Positions 29,470-39,557 of a stretch of 64,000 nucleotides of DNA are shown here, piece after piece. The stretch is from Candidatus Omnitrophota bacterium (GTDB lineage: Bacteria; Omnitrophota; Gorgyraeia; 2-01-FULL-45-10). Numbering within the stretch: the stretch's first letter is position 1; the number at the start of each line of letters is the position of its first letter. Position numbers and translations under genes: made by a program. The notes under the pieces are model-generated. The model was not told the DNA's origin and searched no databases. It saw only the letters and a program-made list of their open reading frames with translations. Location of the stretch: positions 7,887 to 71,886 of the forward strand of contig JAUYOL010000011.1 in NCBI GenBank assembly GCA_030695905.1, read 5' to 3'.

Positions 29470-29898
29470 TTACACAGCCAGCGGCTTTGGCATCTGAGCC
29501 TTATGCGGATGGTTCTCATCTGCATATACCCTAAGCTTTTTCAGCAACTTAGCCCCAAGCTTACTTTTGGGAAGCATCCCCTTAACCGCGTGCCTTATAA
29601 CGTAGTCCGGATGCTTCTTCATCTTAGTAGCGAGATTTTCCTTATGCAAACCGCCTGGATAGGCAGAATATCTCAGATACATCTTATCTTCGATCTTATT
29701 ACCCGTAACTTTGATCTTGCTCGCGTTTATTACGATAACCTCATCGCCCGTATCCTGGTGAGGTGAATATATAACTTTGTTTTTACCTATCAATACAGCG
29801 GCTATCTTGGACGCAAGCCTGCCCAGCACCTTGTCTTTTGCGTCGACAATGTACCAAGCTTTTTGTATATCCTTTGTTTTCGCTATATAAGTCGTCAT
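29470..29898 (-). CDS. rplM: 50S ribosomal protein L13
   Basis: 142 aa with WYIVDA..GRLAS motif. Confidence 0.95.
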   Translation of the reverse strand: MTTYIAKTKDIQKAWYIVDAKDKVLGRLASKIAAVLIGKNKVIYSPHQDTGDEVIVINASKIKVTGNKIEDKMYLRYSAYPGGLHKENLATKMKKHPDYVIRHAVKGMLPKSKLGAKLLKKLRVYADENHPHKAQMPKPLAV

Positions 29899-29954
29899 AA
29901 CCCCTTCTTTGTCCTTATTAAATAGAACCGCCTCTTATTATTCAAGAGGCGGTA

Positions 29955-29983
29955 AATGATACCATACACACTATGCATTGTCA
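29955..29983 (-). promoter_or_regulatory. Sigma70-like promoter TTGACA-N17-TATCAT for rplM-rpsI
   Basis: Minus strand ATATTTTAGTTGACA atgcatagtgtgtatgg TATCAT, about 55 nt upstream of the rplM ATG. Confidence 0.5.
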
Positions 29984-29997
29984 ACTAAAATATATAA

Positions 29998-30615
29998 TTA
30001 AAGAACGCCCCGCTGACTTAAGTCTTCTTTCAGCTTATCGGCACCCTCGTATCTTATGGACTCTATGCCAAAATCGCTGGCCTCTCTTATCAGATCCTCG
30101 CGGTCATCTATATATATAACCTGCGACTTATCACCGCCTGCCTTACTTACGGCGTCCTCAAATATCTTCTTTTCGGGCTTCATAGCGCCCACGGCAAAAG
30201 ACAGGATAACCTCGTCAAATATCTTTATTATATCAAATTTTTTCTCTATATACTCAAAATGCAGCCTATTAACATTGGAAAGCAAAAACAATTTATATTT
30301 TGACTTCAACTGCCTTGCCAGATTGCAAGACTCTTTATCCTCCCAGAATATATCGTTCCATATCGAAACAAAGTCATTAAATGGTATCTTTATATTAAGA
30401 AACTCTGTTACGCGTGAATAAAATACCTTCGGCGATATAAGGCCTTTTTCAAAGTCCCTCGTGATTTCTGAGTCAAAAAAAAGACTGCGAACCTTTTCGG
30501 AATCTAAATGAAAAAGACTCGCTATCTTCTTTGCCGATATCCTGTGGTCAAACCTGATTAAGGTATTACCTAAGTCAAATATTATTACTTTGACAGATTT
30601 GTTCCGTGATAACAC
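29998..30615 (-). CDS. HAD-superfamily hydrolase (subfamily IA-like)
   Basis: IIFDLGNTL motif I (DxG), with later motifs SN...K and DD. Confidence 0.7.
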   Translation of the reverse strand: MLSRNKSVKVIIFDLGNTLIRFDHRISAKKIASLFHLDSEKVRSLFFDSEITRDFEKGLISPKVFYSRVTEFLNIKIPFNDFVSIWNDIFWEDKESCNLARQLKSKYKLFLLSNVNRLHFEYIEKKFDIIKIFDEVILSFAVGAMKPEKKIFEDAVSKAGGDKSQVIYIDDREDLIREASDFGIESIRYEGADKLKEDLSQRGVL

Positions 30616-30830
30616 TTCATTGCCTTTGGATTACAAAACGACTTGCCATGAGACGCAAATTTTACACTGCTCTCAACGGCGGTGGCCATAAGGCTCAACG
30701 CTATAATAGCTATGCCGAGAGTATAACCAAGCGTCTTTAATAACCCTTCTTGCTTTTGGGCAAGTACACAGAGGACATAACCGATACCGAGCGACATAAA
30801 CAACATGAACGCGCCCTTCATTAAATACAT
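30585..30830 (-). CDS. Small two-TM membrane protein
   Basis: 81-aa ORF filling the gap between the HAD gene and truA. Two hydrophobic helices. Confidence 0.45.
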   Translation of the reverse strand: MYLMKGAFMLFMSLGIGYVLCVLAQKQEGLLKTLGYTLGIAIIALSLMATAVESSVKFASHGKSFCNPKAMKCYHGTNLSK

Positions 30831-30862
30831 CTTCCCCCTCCTTCCCTGCCCTTAGGCAGGCT

Positions 30863-31597
30863 TTAGTACTCCACCTTCATCAAACAGAGCCCTTTTGCCG
30901 GCGCTGTCGGCCCTACAAGAGCCCTGGTCTTCGTCTTTAAAATTTCATTCACTATGGATTCGGATAACTTTCCGCGGCCTATCTCCAATAGTGTTCCGGA
31001 GATTGTCCTGACCATGTTGTACAAGAACCCGTCGGCACATACATCAATATATACCAAATCGCCGCATCTTTCAACTTTAATATTCTTTATCGTACGGATA
31101 GTATTTTTCTCTTTTGACCCGGAGGCTTGAAACGCCTTAAAATCGTGCCTGCCCACAAGCGTTGCCGCCGATCTTCTCATGCGGCTTATATTCAGCGGAT
31201 AGGAAAACCTCGCGACAAAATGTCTTATAAATGGGTCTACAAAATGTGAGGTCGTTACGGTATAACGGTAGTGCTTCGACTTTGCGCATCTCTGGGCGTC
31301 AAATCCCGAAGATACCTGTTCTATGGAGTTCACTAATATATCGTCGGGCAAAGCGCTATTCAGCGCCGCCTTGATTTTATTTATAGGAAGTTTTGAATTT
31401 GTCCGAAAATTAGCCACCTGATACCTGGCATGCACGCCGGAATCGGTCCTGCCGGAGCCTCTTAATTTCACGGTGTGTCCCATTATTTTTTTGAGGAGAG
31501 ATTCCAGGACCTGCTGGATGGACTTTGCGTTCTTTTGAAACTGCCAGCCGGCGTAACGCGTGCCGTCATAACTTATGCTAAGCCTTACATTACGCAC
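30863..31597 (-). CDS. truA: tRNA pseudouridine(38-40) synthase
   Basis: SYDGTRYAGWQ and the RTDSGVHA catalytic Asp motif. Confidence 0.9.
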   Translation of the reverse strand: MRNVRLSISYDGTRYAGWQFQKNAKSIQQVLESLLKKIMGHTVKLRGSGRTDSGVHARYQVANFRTNSKLPINKIKAALNSALPDDILVNSIEQVSSGFDAQRCAKSKHYRYTVTTSHFVDPFIRHFVARFSYPLNISRMRRSAATLVGRHDFKAFQASGSKEKNTIRTIKNIKVERCGDLVYIDVCADGFLYNMVRTISGTLLEIGRGKLSESIVNEILKTKTRALVGPTAPAKGLCLMKVEY

Positions 31598-32435
31598 TTA
31601 CAACTTCGTGTTCTATTGTATTCATCCCGCTGTCTTTTCCGCTGTACATAACGCTGCCTACTTTTTTCATCATCTCTTCTACGGAGGACGGAGCTTTTAA
31701 GAATGTCACGGTGCCAAATGTAAAAGTTACCGGCCACTCATTCTTCTCCATCGTATTTAAAAGGACGTTGCGGATCCTGCTTAAAACTACCTGCGCGGCC
31801 TCGGCCCCCGTCTCCGGAAGCAATATTGCAAACTCATCCCCCCCGAACCTGGAGATAAGATCTATTTTGCGCAAATTTTTCCCTATTGTATCCACGACAC
31901 AGCGCAAAAGCTTGTCTCCTGTGTGGTGGCCAAAACGATAGTTTATCACTTTAAGGCTGTCTATATCTACATACGCTACCGTAAATGGATGCTTATATCT
32001 GCCAAGGCGCTCTATCTCCATGAAGGCAATATCATAAAAAGCTTTTCTATTCATAGCGCCTGTTAACGCGTCTGTCCTCGAGAGCTCTTCATTTATGCCC
32101 AAAGCGTCTTTAAGTATGCACAATAGATAAACCACGAGAAAGAAGAATACAAGCTCCATGGACATATTCAGGTAAGATATGGACGCGTGAGAAGAGTACA
32201 TCCTGTCATTTATACTTTCCACGACCCAAATTAAAGCACATATTACCGCCGCTATAACGCCGAGTCTTCTGGTAGTGAACCATACAAAAAAATGCACTGG
32301 GATAAGATAGAATACCAAAAAAGACAGGTTGTCACCCGTGATGCGATCGGCAAGGCCGGCGGCGGCTACAATTATCAGGCCTATCGCTACGAGTAGCGGC
32401 CTCGGCTGCTTACGTAATAAGTCATATAAAGTCAT
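31590..32435 (-). CDS. Membrane-bound diguanylate cyclase (GGDEF domain)
   Basis: N-terminal TM helices followed by RFGGDEF. Confidence 0.8.
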   Translation of the reverse strand: MTLYDLLRKQPRPLLVAIGLIIVAAAGLADRITGDNLSFLVFYLIPVHFFVWFTTRRLGVIAAVICALIWVVESINDRMYSSHASISYLNMSMELVFFFLVVYLLCILKDALGINEELSRTDALTGAMNRKAFYDIAFMEIERLGRYKHPFTVAYVDIDSLKVINYRFGHHTGDKLLRCVVDTIGKNLRKIDLISRFGGDEFAILLPETGAEAAQVVLSRIRNVLLNTMEKNEWPVTFTFGTVTFLKAPSSVEEMMKKVGSVMYSGKDSGMNTIEHEVVSA

Positions 32436-32505
32436 TTTGCGCTCGCCTCCCTATTTGTATATTTAAGTTAATTTTATCCGACTTTTATCCCTTTTGCAAG
32501 GTAAT

Positions 32506-32534
32506 TTGAATTATATTGATATGTAGTGTATAAT
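32506..32534 (+). promoter_or_regulatory. Sigma70-like promoter TTGAAT-N17-TATAAT; the -10 ends only 8 nt before the ATG, so the transcript is probably leaderless
   Basis: ttgaat tatattgatatgtagtg tataat ctaatctt ATG. There is no SD. Confidence 0.5.
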
Positions 32535-32542
32535 CTAATCTT

Positions 32543-32908
32543 ATGAGATACGCGATCTTACCGATAATTGCTTTAATGATTGGCGCGGGAATACTGTATG
32601 CGCAGGATGATGGCGACAGTGGCGTTGAACCGGGCATCATGCAAACACAAACCGGAAGCTTGACCGTGGGAGCCGGCCTGACCCAGAAACAGGTTGGAAA
32701 TTTTTCCGTAGTCTCCGCCGAAGACGCGGACGTAACAACCGACGGGAAAACTGTATATATGGAAGATATTTATGAGTATGTCGGCAGAAAATTTAAAGCA
32801 GTTGAAGCACGCCTGAAAAAAATAGAAACCGGACAGGAAGATATTAAAAACAGACTTAAGAAGCTTGAGGATAGCCTCACTAAAGATAAAGCCGCATCAC
32901 TCAGATAA
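32543..32908 (+). CDS. Small secreted protein with a C-terminal coiled coil (the only plus-strand gene)
   Basis: Signal peptide MRYAILPIIALMIGAGILYA-QD, followed by a heptad-rich C-terminus. Confidence 0.55.
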   Translation: MRYAILPIIALMIGAGILYAQDDGDSGVEPGIMQTQTGSLTVGAGLTQKQVGNFSVVSAEDADVTTDGKTVYMEDIYEYVGRKFKAVEARLKKIETGQEDIKNRLKKLEDSLTKDKAASLR

Positions 32909-32923
32909 CTGCTGCAGCGAACC

Positions 32924-33250
32924 TCACAGCTTTATCCTGTCCTGCCTGCTGACGATCAGGCCGAATACGATCCAGCTTATTATGATTATGGATACGCTTA
33001 CCGCGATACAATTCAATATGACTATACCTCTATCCAATTTTATCGTCTCTTTTTTTAGCACATCCATTATGTAGTTGTTTTCAGAATCCTTTAGAATCTG
33101 TCCGGATTTAACCTGCTCTACCATGATCGCTTTTATCTTATTTTCAAGCGAACCCATCTTTCTGTATAAAGGCAGGCCTATAACAATATAGTTGAACACT
33201 ATTACCGCTAAAAGCGTTACTCCTACCCAGACTCTTGCCTTTTTAAGCAT
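32924..33250 (-). CDS. Hypothetical two-TM membrane protein
   Basis: 108-aa ORF with hydrophobic N- and C-terminal helices. Confidence 0.5.
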   Translation of the reverse strand: MLKKARVWVGVTLLAVIVFNYIVIGLPLYRKMGSLENKIKAIMVEQVKSGQILKDSENNYIMDVLKKETIKLDRGIVILNCIAVSVSIIIISWIVFGLIVSRQDRIKL

Positions 33251-33770
33251 TTTTCTCCTTAGCGGACTCTGCTATGCTAACTATCTTGTCCACAACCTGA
33301 TTCACTGTGAAAATGCCTGTATCGATACAATGATCGGCCTTCGCGTAAAACGGTGCGCGCTTAGCGAGTAAGCTGCGTATCTTCTGTTTCGGGTCTTCCA
33401 CATTAAGCAATGGCCTGTGTTTATATTTTTTCGTTCTCGCCATTATAGTCTCTTCGTCCGCCATCAAACATATAGTGACACCGCTCGCTTTCATATTGGC
33501 CCAATTCTCATCCCTCAATACCGCCCCGCCTCCGGCATCTATGATAGCATTATCAGTAGCACAGGCTTCGCTTAATACCTCGCTTTCGACATTCCTGAAA
33601 TAATCTTCTCCCTTTTTGGTAAAGATCTCGTTTATCGTCGCCTTTTCCCTCTTTTCGATCATGTCATCTATAGAGATGTAATTCATGCCAAGCCGGTGCG
33701 ACAGCTTAATCGCTATGGTAGTCTTACCGCTTCCCATAAATCCAACGAGAATAATATTTTTCTTGATCAT
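33243..33770 (-). CDS. aroK: Shikimate kinase
   Basis: ILVGFMGSGKTT P-loop. The start was moved to MIKKNIIL at 33770 (ATG 5 nt after the aroC stop). The track ORF is extended upstream in an Arg-rich frame. Confidence 0.85.
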   Translation of the reverse strand: MIKKNIILVGFMGSGKTTIAIKLSHRLGMNYISIDDMIEKREKATINEIFTKKGEDYFRNVESEVLSEACATDNAIIDAGGGAVLRDENWANMKASGVTICLMADEETIMARTKKYKHRPLLNVEDPKQKIRSLLAKRAPFYAKADHCIDTGIFTVNQVVDKIVSIAESAKEKNA

Positions 33771-33775
33771 TAATA

Positions 33776-34900
33776 TTAGAACTTCCTTATTTGCGCCAAA
33801 TATCCGCTGTAATTTCTCTTCATCTCGGTAATGGAATCCCCGCCGAATTTCTCTATAAATGAGTTTGCGATCTCTATAGCCGATACGGCCTCGCCGATTA
33901 CTGCGGCCGCGGGAACGGCGCACACATCGGATCTTTCCACGGTGGCCTTAACTTTCTTCTTCGTCCTGATATTTATGGTAGATAGCGGCCTTATAAGCGT
34001 GGATATAGGCTTCATGGCCGCCTTTATAATTATATCTTCGCCTGTCGTCATGCCGCCCTCTATTCCTCCGGCATTATTGGTCTTTCTGTAGAATCCGTCC
34101 TTTTTGGCATGGAATATTTCATCGTGGACTCCCGAACCTTTTGCCGCGGCGGCTTCGAAACCCATGCCGAAACTTACTCCCTTTATCGCCTGAATGGACA
34201 TTATCGCTCTCGCGAGATTCGCGTCTATCTTCCTGTCCCATTGAACATAGCTGCCCAGCCCCGGCACAACACCGTGTATAACGACTTCAAACACTCCGCC
34301 CAATGTATCGCCCGCTCTTGCCGCTTTGTCTATCTGCTCGCACATAAGTGACGACGCGTGCGGATCGGCGCACATTACCGGAGACTTGCCTGATATTGAA
34401 ACTATCTTTTCGACAGTCAGGCCCTTTGCCCTGGACTGCGCCGCGCCTATGGCAACAACATGGCTTGCTATTTTTACGCCGAATTGCGCCAAGAATATCT
34501 TCGATACCGCTCCCGCTGCGACTCTGGCCACTGTTTCTCTGGCGCTGGCTCTTTCAAGGACGCTGCGGATATCATCGAGATTATATTTCAGCACTCCGGT
34601 TAAGTCCGCATGTCCGGGACGCGGTTCATAAACTTTTGGAAGCCTGTCGATAGACTGATCTATGTTCTTTACGAGAAGTGATATGGGGCTGCCTATCGTC
34701 TTGCCGGCTCTTAACCCCGAAAGGATCTCTACCTTGTCTGTCTCTATCTGCATACGCTTGCCGCGGCCGTATCCGAGCATGCGTTTTGCCAGCTCATCAT
34801 CCACTATTGTCTTGTCGATATACACCCCCGCAGGCATACCGTCAATGATAGTAAGCATGCATCTTCCGTGCGATTCACCGCCTGTCAAGTATCGAAGCAT
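33776..34900 (-). CDS. aroC: Chorismate synthase
   Basis: LTGGESHG N-terminus, 374 aa. Confidence 0.95.
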   Translation of the reverse strand: MLRYLTGGESHGRCMLTIIDGMPAGVYIDKTIVDDELAKRMLGYGRGKRMQIETDKVEILSGLRAGKTIGSPISLLVKNIDQSIDRLPKVYEPRPGHADLTGVLKYNLDDIRSVLERASARETVARVAAGAVSKIFLAQFGVKIASHVVAIGAAQSRAKGLTVEKIVSISGKSPVMCADPHASSLMCEQIDKAARAGDTLGGVFEVVIHGVVPGLGSYVQWDRKIDANLARAIMSIQAIKGVSFGMGFEAAAAKGSGVHDEIFHAKKDGFYRKTNNAGGIEGGMTTGEDIIIKAAMKPISTLIRPLSTINIRTKKKVKATVERSDVCAVPAAAVIGEAVSAIEIANSFIEKFGGDSITEMKRNYSGYLAQIRKF

Positions 34901-34910
34901 ATGGCCCTCC

Positions 34911-35687
34911 TTAAAAAGTTCCCTGAAATAGAAATTTTAAAACTTTTTCTCCGAAAAAAATAGAAGATACGGCCGCCATAGATAGATACGGCCCGTAGGG
35001 AATTATATCCTTACCTTCTCTTATCTTCAATATTATGCCCACCACAGAGCCGAATATCGGCGCTGTAAAAAAAGTCAATATCGTCAGCTTCCACCCTATA
35101 AAAGATCCTATCATCGCAAGCAGTTTAACATCTCCTCCGCCCATCGCCTCTTTTTTAAAAGCAAACTCGCCCAACATGCCCATCGCATAGATCATCATGC
35201 CGCCTGCCATTGCCCCCAAAAATGAATTTAAGACTCCACCCAGCCTTGTAGGTTCGTTCAATACCGACGGAAACGCTGCCGATAGAGCCAACCCGACTAT
35301 GAGGCCGCCCACGGATATCTCATCGGGTATCTCTTGTATCTCAAAATCCACAAATGTAGCTATTACCAGGCCACAGACCATGATAATGTACGCGAAAAAT
35401 TTCGCGCTGATACCGAAAGATACGAAAAGCGCCAAAAACGCCAGCGCGGTAATGACCTCTACTATAAAATACCTGAAAGAAATTTTTGCCTTACAGCATC
35501 TTGCTTTACCACCCAGAAATATGTAGGCCAGTATAGGTATGTTGTCAAACCAGCGTATCTTAGCCGCGCAATTAGGGCAATGCGATCCCGGAATGATCAC
35601 GGAGCGCCCTTTTGGAAGGCGGTATATGCACACGTTCAAGAAACTGCCCACTATCGCGCCAAAAATAAATACAAAGGCCTTATCCAT
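34911..35687 (-). CDS. pilD: Prepilin leader peptidase (A24 family)
   Basis: N-terminal CxxC...CxxC zinc motif (HCPNC...CCKAK) and polytopic membrane domains with catalytic Asp. Confidence 0.85.
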   Translation of the reverse strand: MDKAFVFIFGAIVGSFLNVCIYRLPKGRSVIIPGSHCPNCAAKIRWFDNIPILAYIFLGGKARCCKAKISFRYFIVEVITALAFLALFVSFGISAKFFAYIIMVCGLVIATFVDFEIQEIPDEISVGGLIVGLALSAAFPSVLNEPTRLGGVLNSFLGAMAGGMMIYAMGMLGEFAFKKEAMGGGDVKLLAMIGSFIGWKLTILTFFTAPIFGSVVGIILKIREGKDIIPYGPYLSMAAVSSIFFGEKVLKFLFQGTF

Positions 35688-36534
35688 TATTCTCCATCGC
35701 TTCCTGCAAAGCTTTTCTCATCACCTCGACAGGCGCTTTCTTGCCTGTCCATAACTCAAATGCTATAGCGCCCTGATATAATAGCATCCCTAATCCAGTC
35801 GTAGCCTTCAGATTCTTTTTCAATGCCTCCCCAACAAGCTTGGTAACAGGCCTATTATAAACTAAATCATAGATGTATAAGTCTGGGTGTAAAAAATTCG
35901 AATCTATAGGAGACGGATCGTCGTCCTTCATCCCTATAGGAGTGGCCTGGACGAATAGGTCCGCATTCTCAAGATCTTTTTCAAAATCGCCTCTTTTCAT
36001 CACTTCAAGCTTACGCCAGCTATAATATTTTTCGAAATGCTTCTTAAGCTCGCCCGTCATATAGTTGTCTATGTCGGTAATATATATCTTCTTAGGCTTT
36101 TCTCCCAGATACATCACCACCGCCCTGGCCGCGCCTCCGGCGCCAAGCACAAATACGGTCTTATCTTCCGGCTTAAATTTAAGGTCCTCTATCAGTGATT
36201 TGTAAAAACCCGGTCCGTCGGTATTAAAACCGTGCAATTTTTTCGCGTCTACTTTAATAGTATTTACCGCGCCCAGCCTTGAGGCGTGCTCATCCAGAAT
36301 ACCGTTTTTTTCGATGTACCCTTTAGCCTTTACCTTATGGGGAATAGTTACATTTACGCCGGATATGCCATTTTTGGACAGGTCTTTTAGGAATGCTTCC
36401 AAGTCTTCGGGGAGAATATCGAATAATTTATATTCGGCATCGATCTTAAGCGCCTTGAACGCGGCATTATGCATGGCGGGAGAAAGAGAATGCCCAACCG
36501 GATGACCGATAAGCCCGTAAGTGAGTTTTGCCAT
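35680..36534 (-). CDS. aroE: Shikimate dehydrogenase
   Basis: YGLIGHPVGHSLSP motif and GAGGAARA NADP site. Confidence 0.9.
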   Translation of the reverse strand: MAKLTYGLIGHPVGHSLSPAMHNAAFKALKIDAEYKLFDILPEDLEAFLKDLSKNGISGVNVTIPHKVKAKGYIEKNGILDEHASRLGAVNTIKVDAKKLHGFNTDGPGFYKSLIEDLKFKPEDKTVFVLGAGGAARAVVMYLGEKPKKIYITDIDNYMTGELKKHFEKYYSWRKLEVMKRGDFEKDLENADLFVQATPIGMKDDDPSPIDSNFLHPDLYIYDLVYNRPVTKLVGEALKKNLKATTGLGMLLYQGAIAFELWTGKKAPVEVMRKALQEAMENNG

Positions 36535-38045
36535 TATTTTTTATGTAGAAGCTTATTTACGGCGTTGATATACGCCTTTATACTTGCCTCTATGATATCG
36601 GTAGACGCGCCTCTGCCGGAGACAACAGCGCTTTTTGATCCTATCTTGACCGATACTTCACCAAGAGCGTCTTTGCCGCTCGTGACAGACTTTATCTGAT
36701 AATCAAGAAGCTTTCCGCCTATCTTGATCACTTTATCGATGGCCTTATAACAGGCATCGACCGGACCGTCGCCACTGGATGAGCTTTCAAAGGCCTTGCC
36801 CTTATATTTAATCTCTATCGTCGCGGATGGCTTTATGCTGTCACCCGAGGTAATATGGAAATGCTCTAACCTTAACGCTTCGGGTATCTTTGATATCTCT
36901 TCATCTACTATAGTTTCAAGGTCTTCGTCAAATATCTCTTTCTTCTTATCGGCCAGTTCCTTAAAACGGTTAAAAGCCTTTTCAACCTGATCTTCTTTTA
37001 AGGTAAACCCAAGACTCAACAGCCTCGCTTTAAATGCGTGCCTGCCGGAATGTTTCCCTAAGACGAGTTTTGTTTCGGTGACACCTACATCCTCTGGCTT
37101 CATTATTTCGTAGGTTATCCTCTCCTTAAGCACTCCATCCTGATGTATTCCGGATTCATGCGCGAAGGCATTGGCGCCTACTATAGCTTTGTTTGGTTGT
37201 ACCGGCATGCCGGTCAGCTTCGATACGAGGCGGCTCGTCTTGAATATCTCTTTTGTGTTTATACCGGTGCTTATATTTTTGAATATATCATTACGAGTTC
37301 TTATCGTCATAACTATCTCTTCCAAAGACGCGTTACCCGCGCGCTCACCCAGCCCATTTATCGTGCATTCTACCTGCCTCGCGCCATTGAGCACCGCGGC
37401 TAAAGAGTTCGCTACGCCAAGACCAAGGTCGTTGTGGCAATGCACACTTATTACGGCCTTGTCGATATTCGGTACGTTCTCTTTTATGCCTTTTATTATG
37501 CTGGCAAATTCGAATGGCGTGGAGTACCCAACTGTATCGGGAATGTTTACAGTTTTGGCGCCGGCATTTATAACAGCCTCGACTACCTTATATAGGAAGT
37601 CTCTATCGGTGCGCGAAGCGTCCTCGGGTGAAAATTCAATGTCGTTACACTTATTTCTGGCATATTTTACAGCAGCCGCCGCAAGGCGCAGTATCTCGTC
37701 TTCCGCCTTCTTGAGCTTATATTTCATATGTATCTTTGAAGTCGCGAGAAATACATGAATGCGCGGATGAGATGAATATTTTACCGCGTTATAAGACGCA
37801 TCTATATCTTTTTCTATGGCGCGCGCCAGGCCGCAGACAACAGGGCCCTTCACTTCTTTAGCTACACGCTTTACTGATTCGAAGTCTCCGGGGCTGGAAA
37901 TAGGAAAGCCTGCCTCAATTACATCGACGCCGAGAACAGCGAGCTGTCTCGCTATCTCGATCTTCTCGTTGATATTCAGGCTGGCGCCCGGACACTGCTC
38001 CCCATCGCGCAGCGTCGTATCAAATATTATTATTTTTTCATCCAT
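36534..38045 (-). CDS. leuA: 2-isopropylmalate synthase / citramalate synthase family
   Basis: [17 protein letters not shown], and a LeuA dimerisation/regulatory C-domain. Sits in the ilv context. Confidence 0.8.
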   Translation of the reverse strand: MDEKIIIFDTTLRDGEQCPGASLNINEKIEIARQLAVLGVDVIEAGFPISSPGDFESVKRVAKEVKGPVVCGLARAIEKDIDASYNAVKYSSHPRIHVFLATSKIHMKYKLKKAEDEILRLAAAAVKYARNKCNDIEFSPEDASRTDRDFLYKVVEAVINAGAKTVNIPDTVGYSTPFEFASIIKGIKENVPNIDKAVISVHCHNDLGLGVANSLAAVLNGARQVECTINGLGERAGNASLEEIVMTIRTRNDIFKNISTGINTKEIFKTSRLVSKLTGMPVQPNKAIVGANAFAHESGIHQDGVLKERITYEIMKPEDVGVTETKLVLGKHSGRHAFKARLLSLGFTLKEDQVEKAFNRFKELADKKKEIFDEDLETIVDEEISKIPEALRLEHFHITSGDSIKPSATIEIKYKGKAFESSSSGDGPVDACYKAIDKVIKIGGKLLDYQIKSVTSGKDALGEVSVKIGSKSAVVSGRGASTDIIEASIKAYINAVNKLLHKK

Positions 38046-39022
38046 GGCATCATTTTGCGAAGATCCTGACCGACCTTTTCTATCTTGTGCTCATCGCCCT
38101 TCTTTAAAAGCGCTGTCCAATTAGGCCTGCCAGTCTCATTCTCATTTATCCATTCGCGGGCAAATTTGCCGCTTGTGATCTCTTTAAGAATCTTCTTCAT
38201 CTCTTTGCGCGTTCTCTCGGTAATGATTCTCGGTCCGCGCGTAATATCGCCGTAACAAGCTGTGTTCGAAACTCCGCGCCTCATTCCGCTTACGCCTCTT
38301 TCCTGGATAAGGTCTGTGATAAGTTTCAGTTCATGCAATACTTCAAAATACGCTATCTCCGGCTGGTATCCGGCGTCGACAAGTGTATCAAAGCCGGCCA
38401 TGATAAGTTCACTCACTCCGCCGCAAAGAACGGCCTGTTCGCCGAATAGATCCGTCTCGGTCTCTTCGTTAAATGTAGTCTCGATGACTCCGGCCTTTGT
38501 CCCGCCGATGCCTTTAGCGTATGCAAGCGCTACCTTCAGCGCGTTGCCGGTGGCGTCTTGATGAATAGCGACCAGGCACGGCACGCCTTTGCCTTCTTCA
38601 TACATCTTTCTTACTAAAGCGCCCGGCCCTTTAGGGGCTATCATAACGACGTCTATCTTTTTTGAGGGCTTTATCTGTTTAAACCTTATATTGAAACCAT
38701 GCGAAAATATCAATACCTTGCCTTTTGTCATATTCTCGGCGATCTGTTCCTTGTAAACCTTTGCCTGTACGTGATCTTCTGTCAATATCTGGATGAGATC
38801 CGCCGCCGCAGAAGCCTCTTTAGCGGATACGGGATTAAAACCATCGGCTTTCGCTTGCTCGTAATTTTTTGTTCCGGGCAGCTCGCTTACTATTACCTCA
38901 AGCCCCGAATCTCTTAAGTTAAGGCTCTGTCCACGGCCCTGGATACCATATCCTATTACGGCTATCTTTTTCCCCTTCAGAATATTCAGATCAGCATCGT
39001 TGTCATAATAAATCTTTGCCAT
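38030..39022 (-). CDS. ilvC: Ketol-acid reductoisomerase
   Basis: [15 protein letters not shown] motif, 330 aa. Confidence 0.95.
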   Translation of the reverse strand: MAKIYYDNDADLNILKGKKIAVIGYGIQGRGQSLNLRDSGLEVIVSELPGTKNYEQAKADGFNPVSAKEASAAADLIQILTEDHVQAKVYKEQIAENMTKGKVLIFSHGFNIRFKQIKPSKKIDVVMIAPKGPGALVRKMYEEGKGVPCLVAIHQDATGNALKVALAYAKGIGGTKAGVIETTFNEETETDLFGEQAVLCGGVSELIMAGFDTLVDAGYQPEIAYFEVLHELKLITDLIQERGVSGMRRGVSNTACYGDITRGPRIITERTRKEMKKILKEITSGKFAREWINENETGRPNWTALLKKGDEHKIEKVGQDLRKMMPWMKK

Positions 39023-39038
39023 TGCTTCCTCCTTTTAT

Positions 39039-39557
39039 TTACTCATTTACTTCCGGCTTACCCGAAAGCCCGCTCAAACCTTTTTCGGTCGTATCCATAG
39101 CTATCCTGCCCGTCCGGACAACCTCTATTATCCCAAACGGCTTCAGCAGCGCCAATAAACCCTTTATTTTTGTTGAATCACCCGTCGCTTCTATGCTTAC
39201 AGATTTTGAACCTGCGTTAACTATCCTCGCGTCAACAGATTCTACCACTTCGAGTATCTGACTTCTGGTCTTGGGGCTTACCGACACTTTTATCAGCATA
39301 AGTTCCCTGTCCACGAATTCGCCCTCTTTGAAGTCGACTACCTTTATTACATCTATAAGCTTATTCAGCTGCTTTTTTATCTGCTCAAGCGTCTTGTCAT
39401 CGCCCTCAGACACTATGGTCATCCTTGAAATACTCGGATCTTCCGTCTCTCCGACCGCCAGAGAGTTTATATTAAATCCGCGCGCGCTAAACAAGCCCGC
39501 TACGCGCGCCAGGACTCCGAACTTATTCTCAACCAACACTGAAATAGTATGCTTCAT
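39039..39557 (-). CDS. ilvN: Acetolactate synthase small subunit
   Basis: ACT domain ([26 protein letters not shown]). Confidence 0.9.
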   Translation of the reverse strand: MKHTISVLVENKFGVLARVAGLFSARGFNINSLAVGETEDPSISRMTIVSEGDDKTLEQIKKQLNKLIDVIKVVDFKEGEFVDRELMLIKVSVSPKTRSQILEVVESVDARIVNAGSKSVSIEATGDSTKIKGLLALLKPFGIIEVVRTGRIAMDTTEKGLSGLSGKPEVNE

